The position numbers were made by a program, and so were the translations under genes. The notes under the pieces were generated by a model that was given only the letters and a program-made list of their open reading frames with translations, had not been told where the DNA came from and ran no database searches. Of a stretch of 43,199 nt of DNA, positions 22,379-32,195 are shown in pieces; the first letter of the stretch is position 1, and each line of letters opens with the position of its first letter. Source of the DNA: a virus; the IMG/VR virus record IMGVR_UViG_3300042756_000102. One strand, given 5' to 3'.

Positions 22379-22451
22379 GGGGGTGTAACTCAGCGGTTAG
22401 AGTGGACTCTTTATAAGGGTTAAGCCGAGGGTTCGACTCCCTCCACCCCTA
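22379..22451 (+). tRNA. trnI: tRNA-Ile (anticodon TAT, reads ATA).
   Basis: Acceptor GGGGGTG/CACCCCT, D stem ACTC/GAGT, anticodon stem GACTC/GGGTT (two G-T pairs) with loop TTTATAA, T arm GAGGG-TTCGACT-CCCTC. Confidence 0.8.
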
Positions 22452-22494
22452 CCTTTACAGTTGACAGTATTTATTATTCGTAGATAAACAGCAC

Positions 22495-22893
22495 ATGAAA
22501 GAAAAAGCCTTGTCGCTCGCTCTTGGTCTCTCTAGGGACTTGCTCAAAGAACTCCGTACCTCCTACGAGGAAGGTCTTCATTGGTCTCGCATCGAGTCCC
22601 GCAAGCCCCAGACGCTCTGGGAAGTCGAGTGGTCTGACATCGGTGTCTCTCTCCTCCGTGAGAACCTAGGCATCAAGCCAGAAGAGGTCGTTACGCCCCC
22701 CGCCCAGAAGCGTGGCACGGTGTTCTGCAAGTATAAGAACCCCCGTGTCATCGGTGTTATGATTGAGGGTAAACAGGAGACCGCCCTCTGCCGTGAATCC
22801 TTGAAGTTCGGCATCGGTATGCCTGTCGATGTCCGCTGGGATGGAGCACGATGGGTGGTCGTGCGACATCCGAGGTTCAACGGAAAGTACTAA
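22495..22893 (+). CDS. Hypothetical protein (132 aa), first gene of the late operon; possibly a small terminase or DNA-binding protein.
   Basis: Called mainly from its position upstream of the large terminase. The N-terminal segment ALSLALGLSRDLLKELR is HTH-like. Confidence 0.4.
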   Translation: MKEKALSLALGLSRDLLKELRTSYEEGLHWSRIESRKPQTLWEVEWSDIGVSLLRENLGIKPEEVVTPPAQKRGTVFCKYKNPRVIGVMIEGKQETALCRESLKFGIGMPVDVRWDGARWVVVRHPRFNGKY

Positions 22894-22915
22894 AATAAAA
22901 AAATTTTAAAACTTT

Positions 22916-23158
22916 ATGGCAACTTACAAAGGAAGGAAGGTAACGCTGAACAAGCCGTTCAGAACTCCTAGTGCGGCTAAGAAATCCGCTGTTTATGTTA
23001 AGTCTGGTAGCAAGGTCAAGATTGTGCGTTTTGGCGACCCCAAGATGAGCATCAAAAAAGACCAGCCAGCCAGACGAAAGTCTTTCCGTGCAAGGCACAA
23101 GTGTGCCACGGCTAAGGACAAGACCTCCCCCCGCTACTGGAGTTGCAAGGCTTGGTAA
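22916..23158 (+). CDS. Small, very basic conserved phage protein (80 aa).
   Basis: KGRKVTLNKPFR...FGDPKM...RRKSFRARHKC...YWS is a pattern I recognise from small basic proteins of diverse phages and large viruses. Its function is unknown. Confidence 0.6.
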   Translation: MATYKGRKVTLNKPFRTPSAAKKSAVYVKSGSKVKIVRFGDPKMSIKKDQPARRKSFRARHKCATAKDKTSPRYWSCKAW

Positions 23159-23221
23159 TGCAACAATGGAATCTCCAGATGACATTGAAGACGAAGACGA
23201 GATTCCCTTCCAAGAACTAAT

Positions 23222-24829
23222 ATGGCTTTCTCTCCGACACCGCATCCGATACTTGTTACTCCTTCCGAGGATGACATCAAGAGGCTTGCGGAGAAGGTGG
23301 GTTCAGAGAAGGTCGCTGAGATTCTCAATTTAAGAGAGGACAAAATCCTCGCAGAAAAACTTGACCCGTATAGGCACGGGTTCGACCTCCCGCATTGGAA
23401 AGAAGCCGACCAGTTGCTAAAGGAGAACAACGAAGTTCTCATCCTTGGCGGCAACCGAGCGTCCAAAACTGAATGGGCGGCTAAACGCATTGTCCAGACT
23501 CTTATCAATATCAAGGATGCTAGGGTGTGGTGTCTGCATACTACGAACCAGTCCAGCATCCAGATGCAACAGCCTGTGATATTCAAGTACCTGCCTTCTG
23601 AGTTCAAAGACCTCAAGAAGAACAAGGTGCAGAATGTTCAGTATACCCAGAAGAACGGGTTCTCTGACAACACATTTATTCTACCGAACAAGAGCCAATG
23701 TTTCTTTATGAACTACGCTCAGAAGCGGGATGTCATCGAAGGCGGTGAGGTTGACCTCATCTGGTGCGATGAATTAGTACCTTTGGATTGGATTGAAACG
23801 CTGAGATATCGTATCGTTACTCGTTTCGGTAAGTTAATCACAACCTTCACTCCAATCACGGGTTACAGTAGCGTTGTAAAGGAGTATGTAAGCGGAGCAA
23901 AGATTCTGGAGAACAAGCCCTCTCCCCTTCTGCCCGACAACATAAATGTAAACGGATGCCCCAGAGGGACGATGCCATACAAGGCTAAGTCTTTTGTCCG
24001 TCCTGCCGCAGTAATGTGGTTTCATAGCGAACTGAACCCGTACAACCCTTTCGAGCAGTTAAAAAAGACGCTCGCTGGGAAGAAGCCTTATGAAGTCAAA
24101 ATCCGAGCGTATGGCTGGGCTGATAACATCAGCGGAAGCCAGTTCCCCCGCTTCACCGAAAGCGTCAATGTCGTTAAGGCAGAACAAGTCCCAGAAGAAG
24201 GAACTAACTACATGGTCGTTGACCCAGCAGGGGCGAGAAACTGGTTCATGCTTTGGATGCGAGTTGATAAGTCTGGAGATATGTATGTATACCGTGAGTT
24301 CCCAGATTCATCGGATGGCGAGTGGGCTTTACCTGCTTCTGAGCCAGACGGCAGGGCTGGTACTGCCCAGCGTAACGGTGCTGGACGCTCTCTTGCGGAA
24401 TACAAGGCACTTATACTTGAACTAGAGAAGGGCGAAGAAATTTGGGAGCGTTACATTGACCCTAGGGCTGGTGGCTCTAAGGCTGTAACCGAAGACGGTG
24501 GCACTACCCTCATCGATATGCTTGATGATGGGGAGACCCCTATGCACTTTCAGCCAGCCGCAGGAATCAGAATTGAACAGGGCGTTGCCTTAATCAATGA
24601 CGGCTTCTCCTACGATATGAATCAAGATATAACCCCTTTGAACAAACCTAAACTCTACATCAGCGAATCATGTCAAAACTTAATATACTGCCTCAAGGAG
24701 TGGACGGGAGCAGACGGAGAGAAGGGGGCGACCAAAGACCCAATCGACTGCCTTCGGTACTTGATGGTTATGAATCCAATTTACCAAGGTGGGGACGCAA
24801 TGCAATCATGGGGTGGAGGAAGTTACTAA
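23222..24829 (+). CDS. terL: Terminase large subunit.
   Basis: Walker A-like ILGGNRASKT, Walker B DLIWCDE, and a C-terminal nuclease-like segment VVDPAGARNW...DPIDCLRY. It is 535 aa and lies upstream of the portal gene. Confidence 0.9.
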   Translation: MAFSPTPHPILVTPSEDDIKRLAEKVGSEKVAEILNLREDKILAEKLDPYRHGFDLPHWKEADQLLKENNEVLILGGNRASKTEWAAKRIVQTLINIKDARVWCLHTTNQSSIQMQQPVIFKYLPSEFKDLKKNKVQNVQYTQKNGFSDNTFILPNKSQCFFMNYAQKRDVIEGGEVDLIWCDELVPLDWIETLRYRIVTRFGKLITTFTPITGYSSVVKEYVSGAKILENKPSPLLPDNINVNGCPRGTMPYKAKSFVRPAAVMWFHSELNPYNPFEQLKKTLAGKKPYEVKIRAYGWADNISGSQFPRFTESVNVVKAEQVPEEGTNYMVVDPAGARNWFMLWMRVDKSGDMYVYREFPDSSDGEWALPASEPDGRAGTAQRNGAGRSLAEYKALILELEKGEEIWERYIDPRAGGSKAVTEDGGTTLIDMLDDGETPMHFQPAAGIRIEQGVALINDGFSYDMNQDITPLNKPKLYISESCQNLIYCLKEWTGADGEKGATKDPIDCLRYLMVMNPIYQGGDAMQSWGGGSY

Positions 24830-25014
24830 TGGAAATCTTCTTCCCAGCCCTCTTGTCTCGTCAGAAAGCGATGCTCTTTACTGGTTTCGGACGGAAAAGG
24901 CTTGAGTCCCTTGCCAAGAAGGGTCAAGTACGCACATTTACCACCAGCGGTGGTCACAAACGGTACTTCCGAAATGACCTCACTAAATTTTTAAATGAAA
25001 TCTTACAAAAATAA
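24829..25014 (+). CDS. Small excisionase/MerR-type HTH protein (61 aa).
   Basis: TAATG overlap with the terL stop. LLSRQKAMLFTGFGRKRLESLAKKGQVRTFTTSGGHKRYFRNDLTKFL fits the excisionase-family HTH pattern. Confidence 0.5.
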   Translation: MEIFFPALLSRQKAMLFTGFGRKRLESLAKKGQVRTFTTSGGHKRYFRNDLTKFLNEILQK

Positions 25015-27187
25015 CGAGGACGAACTGGTTTTTGCCAGCGATACCCCGAATATCCCTTATCTTTACAAGGAATACCAGCGTTCTACCCAGAATGGTGGAA
25101 ACACAGCAAATATCGCTGAAAACGATGATATTCGCCTTGCTAGATGGGCTGGTCAGACGGATGACGGCAAGAAGCACAGCGAAGACCGCATGAACGGTGA
25201 CGGGGCTTTCCCGTTTGAAGGTGCGTCTGATGTGCGTTGCCGACTGGTTGACCGCACTATTAACGACCTTGTGTCGATGATGGTCACTACTTTCGACAGA
25301 TGCCAGATTAAGGTCAAGGGTACTGAGTTCTCTGATTCCGAAAACTCCGCCACCGCTAATGTGCTGATGTCTTGGCTTTTAGAGTCTCGCATCCGCTCTG
25401 AAGTCCGCAAGGAAGCGGAACTCCTCGCCCAGTACGGTACGCAGTACGGTTGGGCTGGACTCCATGTTATCTGGGAGCAGGAAATGGGTACAAGATTCCA
25501 GAACATCCGTATGGATGACCTCGTTGCTATGGTTCAGCAAGCAGTTCAGCAGAACCCAGAAGCCACCATCAAGGACTTGCCAGCCGCCATTATGAATCCA
25601 GAGCAGGAAGACTATGCTGTGGATTTAATCATGCAGTATCTGAAAACTGTTGAGCCAAAGGCAGTTAAGAAGGCTGTCCGTGAACTCCGAAAGGATGGTT
25701 ACGCTAACATCCCAGAAACCTTTATCGCAAAGAACCAGCCCCTCATTGTCGCCCTCAAGCCCTATGATGAAATCTCGTTCCCGCCAGAAACTATTGAGAT
25801 TCAGAAGGCTAGGGTTGTCTTCCGCAGAACCTATGTGACCGAAGTTGAACTTCGTTCTATGGCTCAGATGGAAGGCTGGTCTGACTCGTTCGTTGAGCAA
25901 GCCATTAACACAATGGGATTGCAGTCGCAGTTCAACGACCCAAATCTTCTCCCAGCCGCCGCCTTAATTAACTTTCAAGTCAGCCGACAGGATAACCTCA
26001 TTGAACTAGTTTATGCCTATTCCCGCCTCATTGACGAAAATAACATCCAAGGAGTCTACCAGACAATCTTCTGCCCTCAATCCAAGAGCGAAGAGTACGC
26101 CTCGCACGGCTTGCTGGGATATGCACATAACAAATATCCTTTCGTTATCTATCGAAGAGAACGCACTCGTAGAGCGATTATGGAGTCTAGAGGAGTTCCA
26201 GAAATTGCTCAGACCGACCAAGAAGAAATCAAGGCACAGCACGATGCCATCCGTGACCGAACAGCGTTCACGACCCTGCCACCTATTCTTGTTAAGAAGC
26301 GACTTGGTGGTATAAATAAAATTGCCCCAGGAATTCATCTTCCTGTTACAAGTGCGGATGACTACAAGTTCATGCCCACTCCCACAGGGGATTCTGTTAC
26401 TGCGTTCACGCTGATTGACCGTGTTGAAATGAACCACGCTTCGTACTTCGGACTCCCGCATCCGAACATCATGCCTCAGAAGACGCAAACCACACAACAG
26501 TTCATCATCAACAACTGGCTGGATGTCTGGAGCGAATCCTTTGCGATGACCTTCAGTCTGATGTTACAGTATATGCAACCCGATGAAATCGAAAGCATTA
26601 CTGGTAAGGCTCTCCCTCAGAATATGTCCAGCGTGAGCAATATGTTCGACTTCCAAGTGAAGTACGATGTGCGAGAACTCGACACAAACTTCGTCATCGA
26701 GAAACTCAAGGCTATCACGCAGTTCGTCCTTCCTCTGGATGCTGGTGGTGTCATCGACAAGAACAAGTTGGTCAAGGCGGCTATCGAGGCTATCGACCCC
26801 GACAAGGCAAAGGAACTCATCATCAACACAGGCACAGCCTCGCAGTTGCTGTATAAGAACATCCAGTCTGACCTAGGCTTGATGATGCTTGGCAACGAAG
26901 CCCAGTATGTTGAGAACGACCCGTCTGCGGCTTCCAAGATGCAGTACCTGCAAGATATCATGGGTAAGAACCCCAAGGCTCAACAGGCTATGCAACAAGA
27001 CCCGCACTTCCGTGCTATGCTGGAGAACTATATGAAAAACCTTCAGATGTCCATCAGCCAGCAACAAAACAAGCAGATTGGTCGTACTGGCGTTACCCCT
27101 GTTGCAGAACAGGCTGGTAACCAGATGCAACAGCAGATTCAACAGGCTAACGATATGCAGGGTGAACAAGAGCAACAGATGCAATGA
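24995..27187 (+). CDS. Portal protein (730 aa).
   Basis: Called from its size, its position between terL and scaffold/capsid, and its Gln-rich C-terminal tail. Confidence 0.8.
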   Translation: MKSYKNNEDELVFASDTPNIPYLYKEYQRSTQNGGNTANIAENDDIRLARWAGQTDDGKKHSEDRMNGDGAFPFEGASDVRCRLVDRTINDLVSMMVTTFDRCQIKVKGTEFSDSENSATANVLMSWLLESRIRSEVRKEAELLAQYGTQYGWAGLHVIWEQEMGTRFQNIRMDDLVAMVQQAVQQNPEATIKDLPAAIMNPEQEDYAVDLIMQYLKTVEPKAVKKAVRELRKDGYANIPETFIAKNQPLIVALKPYDEISFPPETIEIQKARVVFRRTYVTEVELRSMAQMEGWSDSFVEQAINTMGLQSQFNDPNLLPAAALINFQVSRQDNLIELVYAYSRLIDENNIQGVYQTIFCPQSKSEEYASHGLLGYAHNKYPFVIYRRERTRRAIMESRGVPEIAQTDQEEIKAQHDAIRDRTAFTTLPPILVKKRLGGINKIAPGIHLPVTSADDYKFMPTPTGDSVTAFTLIDRVEMNHASYFGLPHPNIMPQKTQTTQQFIINNWLDVWSESFAMTFSLMLQYMQPDEIESITGKALPQNMSSVSNMFDFQVKYDVRELDTNFVIEKLKAITQFVLPLDAGGVIDKNKLVKAAIEAIDPDKAKELIINTGTASQLLYKNIQSDLGLMMLGNEAQYVENDPSAASKMQYLQDIMGKNPKAQQAMQQDPHFRAMLENYMKNLQMSISQQQNKQIGRTGVTPVAEQAGNQMQQQIQQANDMQGEQEQQMQ

Positions 27188-27456
27188 GTTATCCACAACA
27201 AATCATTGTAGGCTTCTCCTTTGAAAAACAGAATGAACTCTGGAAAGCCGTCCATCTCCTACTCGATGCTTCTATTGATTCTGAAGTTGCAAATGCTGTC
27301 TCTAAAGAAAATAAGGGCGAAGACCGTGCTTGGCATTGCGGCAGAGCCGATGCCCTTACCGCCTTTAAAGAAATCCTTGTGAACACACGCAACGATGTCC
27401 TACGAGACCAAGGAAGACCCTCAGAAGACCATTCCCCATCGGAAAACGGTATCTGA
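27184..27456 (+). CDS. Hypothetical protein (90 aa).
   Basis: ATGA overlap with the portal stop. Confidence 0.55.
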   Translation: MSYPQQIIVGFSFEKQNELWKAVHLLLDASIDSEVANAVSKENKGEDRAWHCGRADALTAFKEILVNTRNDVLRDQGRPSEDHSPSENGI

Positions 27457-27557
27457 CATAGTAAGTTCTTGCTTACAAACAAATTTAGCCGTAACTGGCT
27501 GGTAGTTCTGGGACTATAACACCCTGCCTAAATATATAGGACTTTAGACCTTATCTA

Positions 27558-28565
27558 ATGAATACAGACAATCAAGCCGACCTTAGCACGGCACAAAATA
27601 ACGCTATGACTCCCGAAGGAACATCCACTCCCTTCGATATTCAAAAACTCGCTGACATAGTTAGCGATTCGTTCCTAGGTGGTAAGGAATCGAGTGCGGA
27701 GTCACCCGCAGACGAAAACGGTGATTCGGAGGCTCAAGCGACCTCTGAGGACGATGTTCATTCACAAGAAACCGAAACAACTAACGACCAAAATCAAGTC
27801 GAGGACTCCGAGGAAACCGAAGAAACCAAGTCCGAAGATGATGAAATTGACCGTGGGTTGCCCAAGGGAGTCAAGAAACGCATTGACAAACTCTCCGCTA
27901 AACGCAGAGAGGCTGAAGCAGAAGTAGAAAGATTAAGGTCAGAAGTGGAAAGATTGTCGCAAGAGGCTACCAAGCCAGCACAAATTCCTACTGCCGAAAA
28001 TCCGTATGCCAACCTGTCTACGCTTGAGGAAGTCAGCCGTGAGGCAGACCAAGCCAAGCAAATCAGACGCTGGTGCGAAATGAATCCCGATGGTGCAGTA
28101 GTTACGGGAAAAGATGGTTCTGAAACCGAGTATACCGCTGAAGAAGTCCGCAATATCAAGATTAAAGCCCTTGATGCCCTTGAGGAACACCTTCCGAAGC
28201 GAATGCAGTATCTGCAAAACTTCAATCAGATGGAGCAGGTTGCTTCCAAGGAATACCCTTGGTGGAAGGACAAGTCAGCAAAGGAAAGACAAATTGCTGA
28301 ATCCTTTATTAAGCACTTCCCAGAAATCCAGAAATTCCCAGACTATAAGATGGTGGTAGGAGATTATATCCGTGGCGTAAATGCCCGTGAAGCCAAAGGC
28401 AAGTCCTCTGGTGCTCCAATCAAAGCCCCATCCCAGCCGAGACCTTCAGCCGCTCCCGCTCGTATTCCTGCAAAGGATGCGAACAGCCAAGCCGCTCAGA
28501 AGCGTTTTACTGTTTCTGGTAACCGAGATGACCTATCTTCTATAATCGCTAACCGATTCCTGTAA
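27558..28565 (+). CDS. Scaffolding protein.
   Basis: The N-terminus is acidic and low-complexity, the centre is coiled-coil (RREAEAEVERLRSEVERLSQE), and it lies immediately upstream of the capsid gene. Confidence 0.7.
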   Translation: MNTDNQADLSTAQNNAMTPEGTSTPFDIQKLADIVSDSFLGGKESSAESPADENGDSEAQATSEDDVHSQETETTNDQNQVEDSEETEETKSEDDEIDRGLPKGVKKRIDKLSAKRREAEAEVERLRSEVERLSQEATKPAQIPTAENPYANLSTLEEVSREADQAKQIRRWCEMNPDGAVVTGKDGSETEYTAEEVRNIKIKALDALEEHLPKRMQYLQNFNQMEQVASKEYPWWKDKSAKERQIAESFIKHFPEIQKFPDYKMVVGDYIRGVNAREAKGKSSGAPIKAPSQPRPSAAPARIPAKDANSQAAQKRFTVSGNRDDLSSIIANRFL

Positions 28566-28588
28566 CCCCCTAAAAACTATATACAAAT

Positions 28589-29617
28589 ATGGCAAATCTA
28601 ACAGAACCCTCCTTCTCGTCTGGTAAGAGAGAAGAACTCGCTGACCTCATCGCACTTGTCGATGCCAAAGATACCCCCTTCACCTCTATGGCGAAGAAGG
28701 GTAGCAAACCTGGAAATACCCTTTTCAGATGGCAAGCCGACTCTCTGCCTACTCCTAAGCAGACTGGTACAGTCGATGGTACGGATGTCTCCTCCTATGA
28801 CAACTATGTCAAGGATGGTGCTACCCAATACCGTGCTGAACTCAGCAACTACATCCAAATCTTCCGCAGAGCCGTCCGTGTGTCCCCGCTTACGCAGGAC
28901 ATCTCGACTGTCGCTGGTGTGAGAGACGAACTCGCTAACAATGTCGCTAAGGGCATCCAAGCCTTGAAGCGTGACATGGAAGCCACCTTCTGCTCCAACG
29001 GTGGTGCTCAAGCCGACAACGGTACGAACGCCTACCTCACCCGTGGTCTCCACAAGTGGTTACAGCCTATCGCTACAAAGGACTCCGTCCTCCCTGTCAT
29101 CGACCAGTTCTGCACCCCTACTGCTAACCGTTCGACAGTTGGTACAGCCGCCCTCACGGAAACGGTTGTCCAGAATGTCCTCACAGGCATCTACTCCCAG
29201 ACAGGTCAATACAAGGATTATGACGCTCTTGTCGGCACAGCCCTCAAGAGAGCGTTCACAAACCTCGTCTTCACGACTGCCTCTTCGGGTAGCACAAACA
29301 CCCAGACCGCCATCCGCACCTTCAATCGTGACTCTGACGCTTCGGCTTATGTTGCTTCGGTTGATGTTTTCGAGGGCGATTTCGGTAAGTTACGCCTCCA
29401 CCCCTCCCACTACCTCAATGCTACCGCTGGCGTTGGTTCGACCTTCACAGGTTACATCATCCCCTTCGACCAAGTTGAAGTGCGTTATGGTGGCAATGTC
29501 GCTGGTGTCACAGCCCTCACCAACAACGGTGGTGGCGAAGCCCGAATGATTGAAGCGGTTGCTGGACTTTGCGTCTACAACCCCCTCGCCTTCGGTGTCT
29601 TTGACTTCACAGCCTAA
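28589..29617 (+). CDS. Major capsid protein (HK97 fold).
   Basis: N-terminal pattern ELADLIALVDAKDTPFTSMAKKGSKPGNTLFRWQADSL is typical of one HK97-type capsid family. It is 342 aa and follows the scaffold gene. Confidence 0.85.
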   Translation: MANLTEPSFSSGKREELADLIALVDAKDTPFTSMAKKGSKPGNTLFRWQADSLPTPKQTGTVDGTDVSSYDNYVKDGATQYRAELSNYIQIFRRAVRVSPLTQDISTVAGVRDELANNVAKGIQALKRDMEATFCSNGGAQADNGTNAYLTRGLHKWLQPIATKDSVLPVIDQFCTPTANRSTVGTAALTETVVQNVLTGIYSQTGQYKDYDALVGTALKRAFTNLVFTTASSGSTNTQTAIRTFNRDSDASAYVASVDVFEGDFGKLRLHPSHYLNATAGVGSTFTGYIIPFDQVEVRYGGNVAGVTALTNNGGGEARMIEAVAGLCVYNPLAFGVFDFTA

Positions 29618-29625
29618 TAACTGAG

Positions 29626-29988
29626 GTGTCAGACATAATCCAAAGTCTGGCTGATGCAATCCCCTCCCACCTTAGAAATAGGGTGGAGAGGGAACTCATC
29701 AATGGCTGGAGGATGGATGAAGTCAAGGCAAGGAGCACAGCGAAGCAATCCGCTGTTTTTCGTCACTCTAACGAGGCTAATAACATCGAAGGAGTTGGAC
29801 GGTTGAAAGCACAGATTCCTATTCAAGCGTGGCACTACTGGGGTCAGCGTCTTGGGTATGAGTGCTGGGAAGACAATGCATTCCTAAACGAATTCCTACG
29901 GGACAACCCAGAAACAGCCGTTACCAATTATGCCAAGCGTACTTGTGTTAACGGTGCAATTTTCACAGGTGACGGATATCTCACATAA
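29626..29988 (+). CDS. Hypothetical virion-module protein (120 aa, GTG start).
   Basis: ORF directly after the capsid gene. The start codon is uncertain. Confidence 0.5.
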   Translation: MSDIIQSLADAIPSHLRNRVERELINGWRMDEVKARSTAKQSAVFRHSNEANNIEGVGRLKAQIPIQAWHYWGQRLGYECWEDNAFLNEFLRDNPETAVTNYAKRTCVNGAIFTGDGYLT

Positions 29989-30755
29989 TGAGAACATCGA
30001 ACTACTCGCAAATCCTATTTGACGCTCTCCAGTATTCTGGAAACGACAGACACAACATCACAAATGAGACATTCTCTCAGTTCCGTGATTTCAGTTCTGC
30101 TCGTATTCGTGAGGCTTGGGAATCTAACCAATGGGCAGATATCTGCCGACTGGTTGAGTTTACCACGACAACGGATGCAAATGGCGTTGTCTCGTTTACG
30201 CCCGTTACAGAGGCTGATGAGATTCTTGGCGTGTTCTCTAAGAACCCGCAAGAAACGACAAAGGCTGTGCAGTTGGCGTATCAGATTTACGACAGCGGTA
30301 CGGAGCGAAAGGTCATAGTCGGAAACGGTATCAGCGGTGGTTACTATCTCTATCGTAAGGACTGCATTGCCCTAGAAGGCGATTTATACAGCCCTACGGT
30401 TGTCTACTACCAAGGAGTCCAAGTCTATTTTGACTCTGGCTCTGGTACAGGCTCTTATGTTCCAGTCTTGGGTAAGCCCCACGCTGGCAATTTCTATACT
30501 TGCACCGTGGCTTCCACGACTGCTGGTCAAAACCCAAACACTCACCCAGCCTACTGGACAAAGACTGATATCCCGTATATCTTCTCTTCCTTTATGTCTT
30601 GGGGTTCTGCCGCCAATTGGTTTGTCTCTGAAGGTCAGATTCAAGAGGCGGCTACCATCGAAGCCAAGGCTAACCAAGTCCTTGAGCAAGAATACGACAA
30701 GTTCCTGCGTCAACAGGGGCAGTTCGGCAAAATCAACATGACAAACACTTACTAA
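29988..30755 (+). CDS. Virion structural protein (255 aa), head-tail adaptor or tubular-A-like.
   Basis: TAATG coupling; the assignment is from position only. Confidence 0.45.
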   Translation: MRTSNYSQILFDALQYSGNDRHNITNETFSQFRDFSSARIREAWESNQWADICRLVEFTTTTDANGVVSFTPVTEADEILGVFSKNPQETTKAVQLAYQIYDSGTERKVIVGNGISGGYYLYRKDCIALEGDLYSPTVVYYQGVQVYFDSGSGTGSYVPVLGKPHAGNFYTCTVASTTAGQNPNTHPAYWTKTDIPYIFSSFMSWGSAANWFVSEGQIQEAATIEAKANQVLEQEYDKFLRQQGQFGKINMTNTY

Positions 30756-30759
30756 TACA

Positions 30760-31059
30760 ATGGCTAACATCTCATTCTCCTCCCCCTTCCTCCGTGGTTT
30801 TACCCACGCTACCGTGACTGTTGGCACTTCTGCCAGCACCGCCCTTGTGGTTGCCCCTACCCCCGAAAGGCGTTGTAGCGTTATCATCCAGAACCAACAC
30901 GCTACGGCTGTTGTGACTGTTATCTTTGCTGATACTGGCTCTGTTGGCTTGAAGGTCAAGGCTGGCGAAAGCATCTCCCTCGACAACTACAACGGCATCG
31001 TGCGTTGTGTTTCTGATACCGCCTCTACCCCTGTCCACATTGCTTACGCCACGGCTTAA
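30760..31059 (+). CDS. Hypothetical structural protein (99 aa).
   Basis: ORF in the structural operon. Confidence 0.5.
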   Translation: MANISFSSPFLRGFTHATVTVGTSASTALVVAPTPERRCSVIIQNQHATAVVTVIFADTGSVGLKVKAGESISLDNYNGIVRCVSDTASTPVHIAYATA

Positions 31060-31895
31060 TGAGCGTAGACCTACATCGGATAGGCACAGGCATCTCGTCT
31101 GGCTCTAGCCGTAACGGGTTCGGGAACATCGTGTCGTTTCCTAGCGTGTCGTTCCCTGCGTATGGGACTTTTAACAGTTGGCTGTTGGATGTTGAGTACC
31201 CAATCGCTAATGGTGGGGCATCAGTAACTGTTCTTTCAGTAGCCTACCCTAGTCAATTCTGTGATGTTCAAGTAGAGAACGATGGCTCTGGCGGGACTTA
31301 CACAGATTGGACAACTGCTACGGATGTTCAATATTATGCTAATGCAACTTTCTTCTATTTTGGCGAAACTCAAGTCCCAACTTCGGTAGAAGTGCCTACT
31401 GGCTCTGGCAATTCCTATACAGGTGGAAGCACTCAGACGAATTACTATTTTGATGGGGCTGGTTCGTTTTACACCACAGCAGTAAATCAATCTTGGTATT
31501 CTGCGGGTACTAGCAATAATCTTACGGGACTAAACGCACCTGCTACGGTTCAAGTTCCGTCTTCTGGTGGCACTTACTATAATGACGGCACATATACAGG
31601 TTACACTTGGAATGGTTCTGGTGGCTACAATTATCCTGTTAACGGTGGAAGTCTTTACAGCAACGGAACATTTATTGTCTTTATACCAGACAGCACATTT
31701 AGTCAAAGCACCGAAGTTCCTAGCGGTAGCGGGACTTATTATAATGCTAAGTTTAACGGAGATGATTATTTCTGGAATGGTAGCGGTGGTTATAACATTA
31801 CTTCGGGTTCTTATTTCTACACTTACGGAACATTTATTTACAACGATGGAAGTTCCAACTACTACTGGGATGGTGCTGGAGGCTACTATACATAA
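31059..31895 (+). CDS. Tyr/Gly/Ser/Thr/Asn-rich repeat protein (278 aa), a likely surface or tail appendage.
   Basis: Four copies of a Y-(Y/F/T)-(W/F)-x-G-x-G-(G/S)-(Y/F) motif: NYYFDGAGSFY, TGYTWNGSGGY, DDYFWNGSGGY, SNYYWDGAGGY. Confidence 0.6.
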   Translation: MSVDLHRIGTGISSGSSRNGFGNIVSFPSVSFPAYGTFNSWLLDVEYPIANGGASVTVLSVAYPSQFCDVQVENDGSGGTYTDWTTATDVQYYANATFFYFGETQVPTSVEVPTGSGNSYTGGSTQTNYYFDGAGSFYTTAVNQSWYSAGTSNNLTGLNAPATVQVPSSGGTYYNDGTYTGYTWNGSGGYNYPVNGGSLYSNGTFIVFIPDSTFSQSTEVPSGSGTYYNAKFNGDDYFWNGSGGYNITSGSYFYTYGTFIYNDGSSNYYWDGAGGYYT

Positions 31896-31900
31896 CACTT

Positions 31901-32086
31901 ATGGCTACTGAACCTATCACAATCGCAACTGGCTGGAACGCCTTCGTCAAGGACAAGACCTGTCTTGGACTCAGAGAGTTCCCAAAAGGCGGCAAGTACT
32001 GGGGTACTCTTACCCTCATCACCAAGCCCACCGAGGCTGAACTGAAGGCTGAACTCAAGCGTCTCAAAATCTCTCTTCCTGCCTAA
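31901..32086 (+). CDS. Hypothetical protein (61 aa).
   Basis: ORF in the operon. Confidence 0.45.
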   Translation: MATEPITIATGWNAFVKDKTCLGLREFPKGGKYWGTLTLITKPTEAELKAELKRLKISLPA

Positions 32087-32087
32087 T

Positions 32088-32195
32088 ATGATTACACTTC
32101 TCCTTTCTACTGTCACCTTTCTTGGTGGCGTTTATGTCGGCACTCGCTGGTCTGAAAAGATTAAGGCTGTCTACTTTTCTATTATCTCTCAGTAA
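32088..32195 (+). CDS. 35-aa single-pass membrane peptide (not in the ORF track).
   Basis: ATG 32088. The peptide is MITLLLSTVTFLGGVYVGTRWSEKIKAVYFSIISQ, and its stop overlaps ATG 32195 (TAATG). Confidence 0.4.
   Translation: MITLLLSTVTFLGGVYVGTRWSEKIKAVYFSIISQ

Noticed and set aside
21947-22451. Suppressor tRNAs or stop-codon recoding, as seen in some gut phages.
   Set aside because: None of the five anticodons (TGT, TCT, TTG, TAA, TAT) is complementary to a stop codon. All large genes are open in the standard code.
22461-22489. A sigma-70-type promoter: TTGACA at 22461, 17 nt of spacer, then ATAAAC, ahead of the late operon.
   Set aside because: The -35 is perfect but the -10 candidate matches TATAAT at only 2 of 6 positions. 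The host is probably not an SD/sigma-70-consensus organism. The evidence is too weak to call.
24829-25014. The excisionase-type HTH gene as evidence for a temperate lifestyle.
   Set aside because: No integrase, recombinase or attachment-site-like feature was seen anywhere. A small HTH gene between terminase and portal is more likely packaging-related or regulatory.
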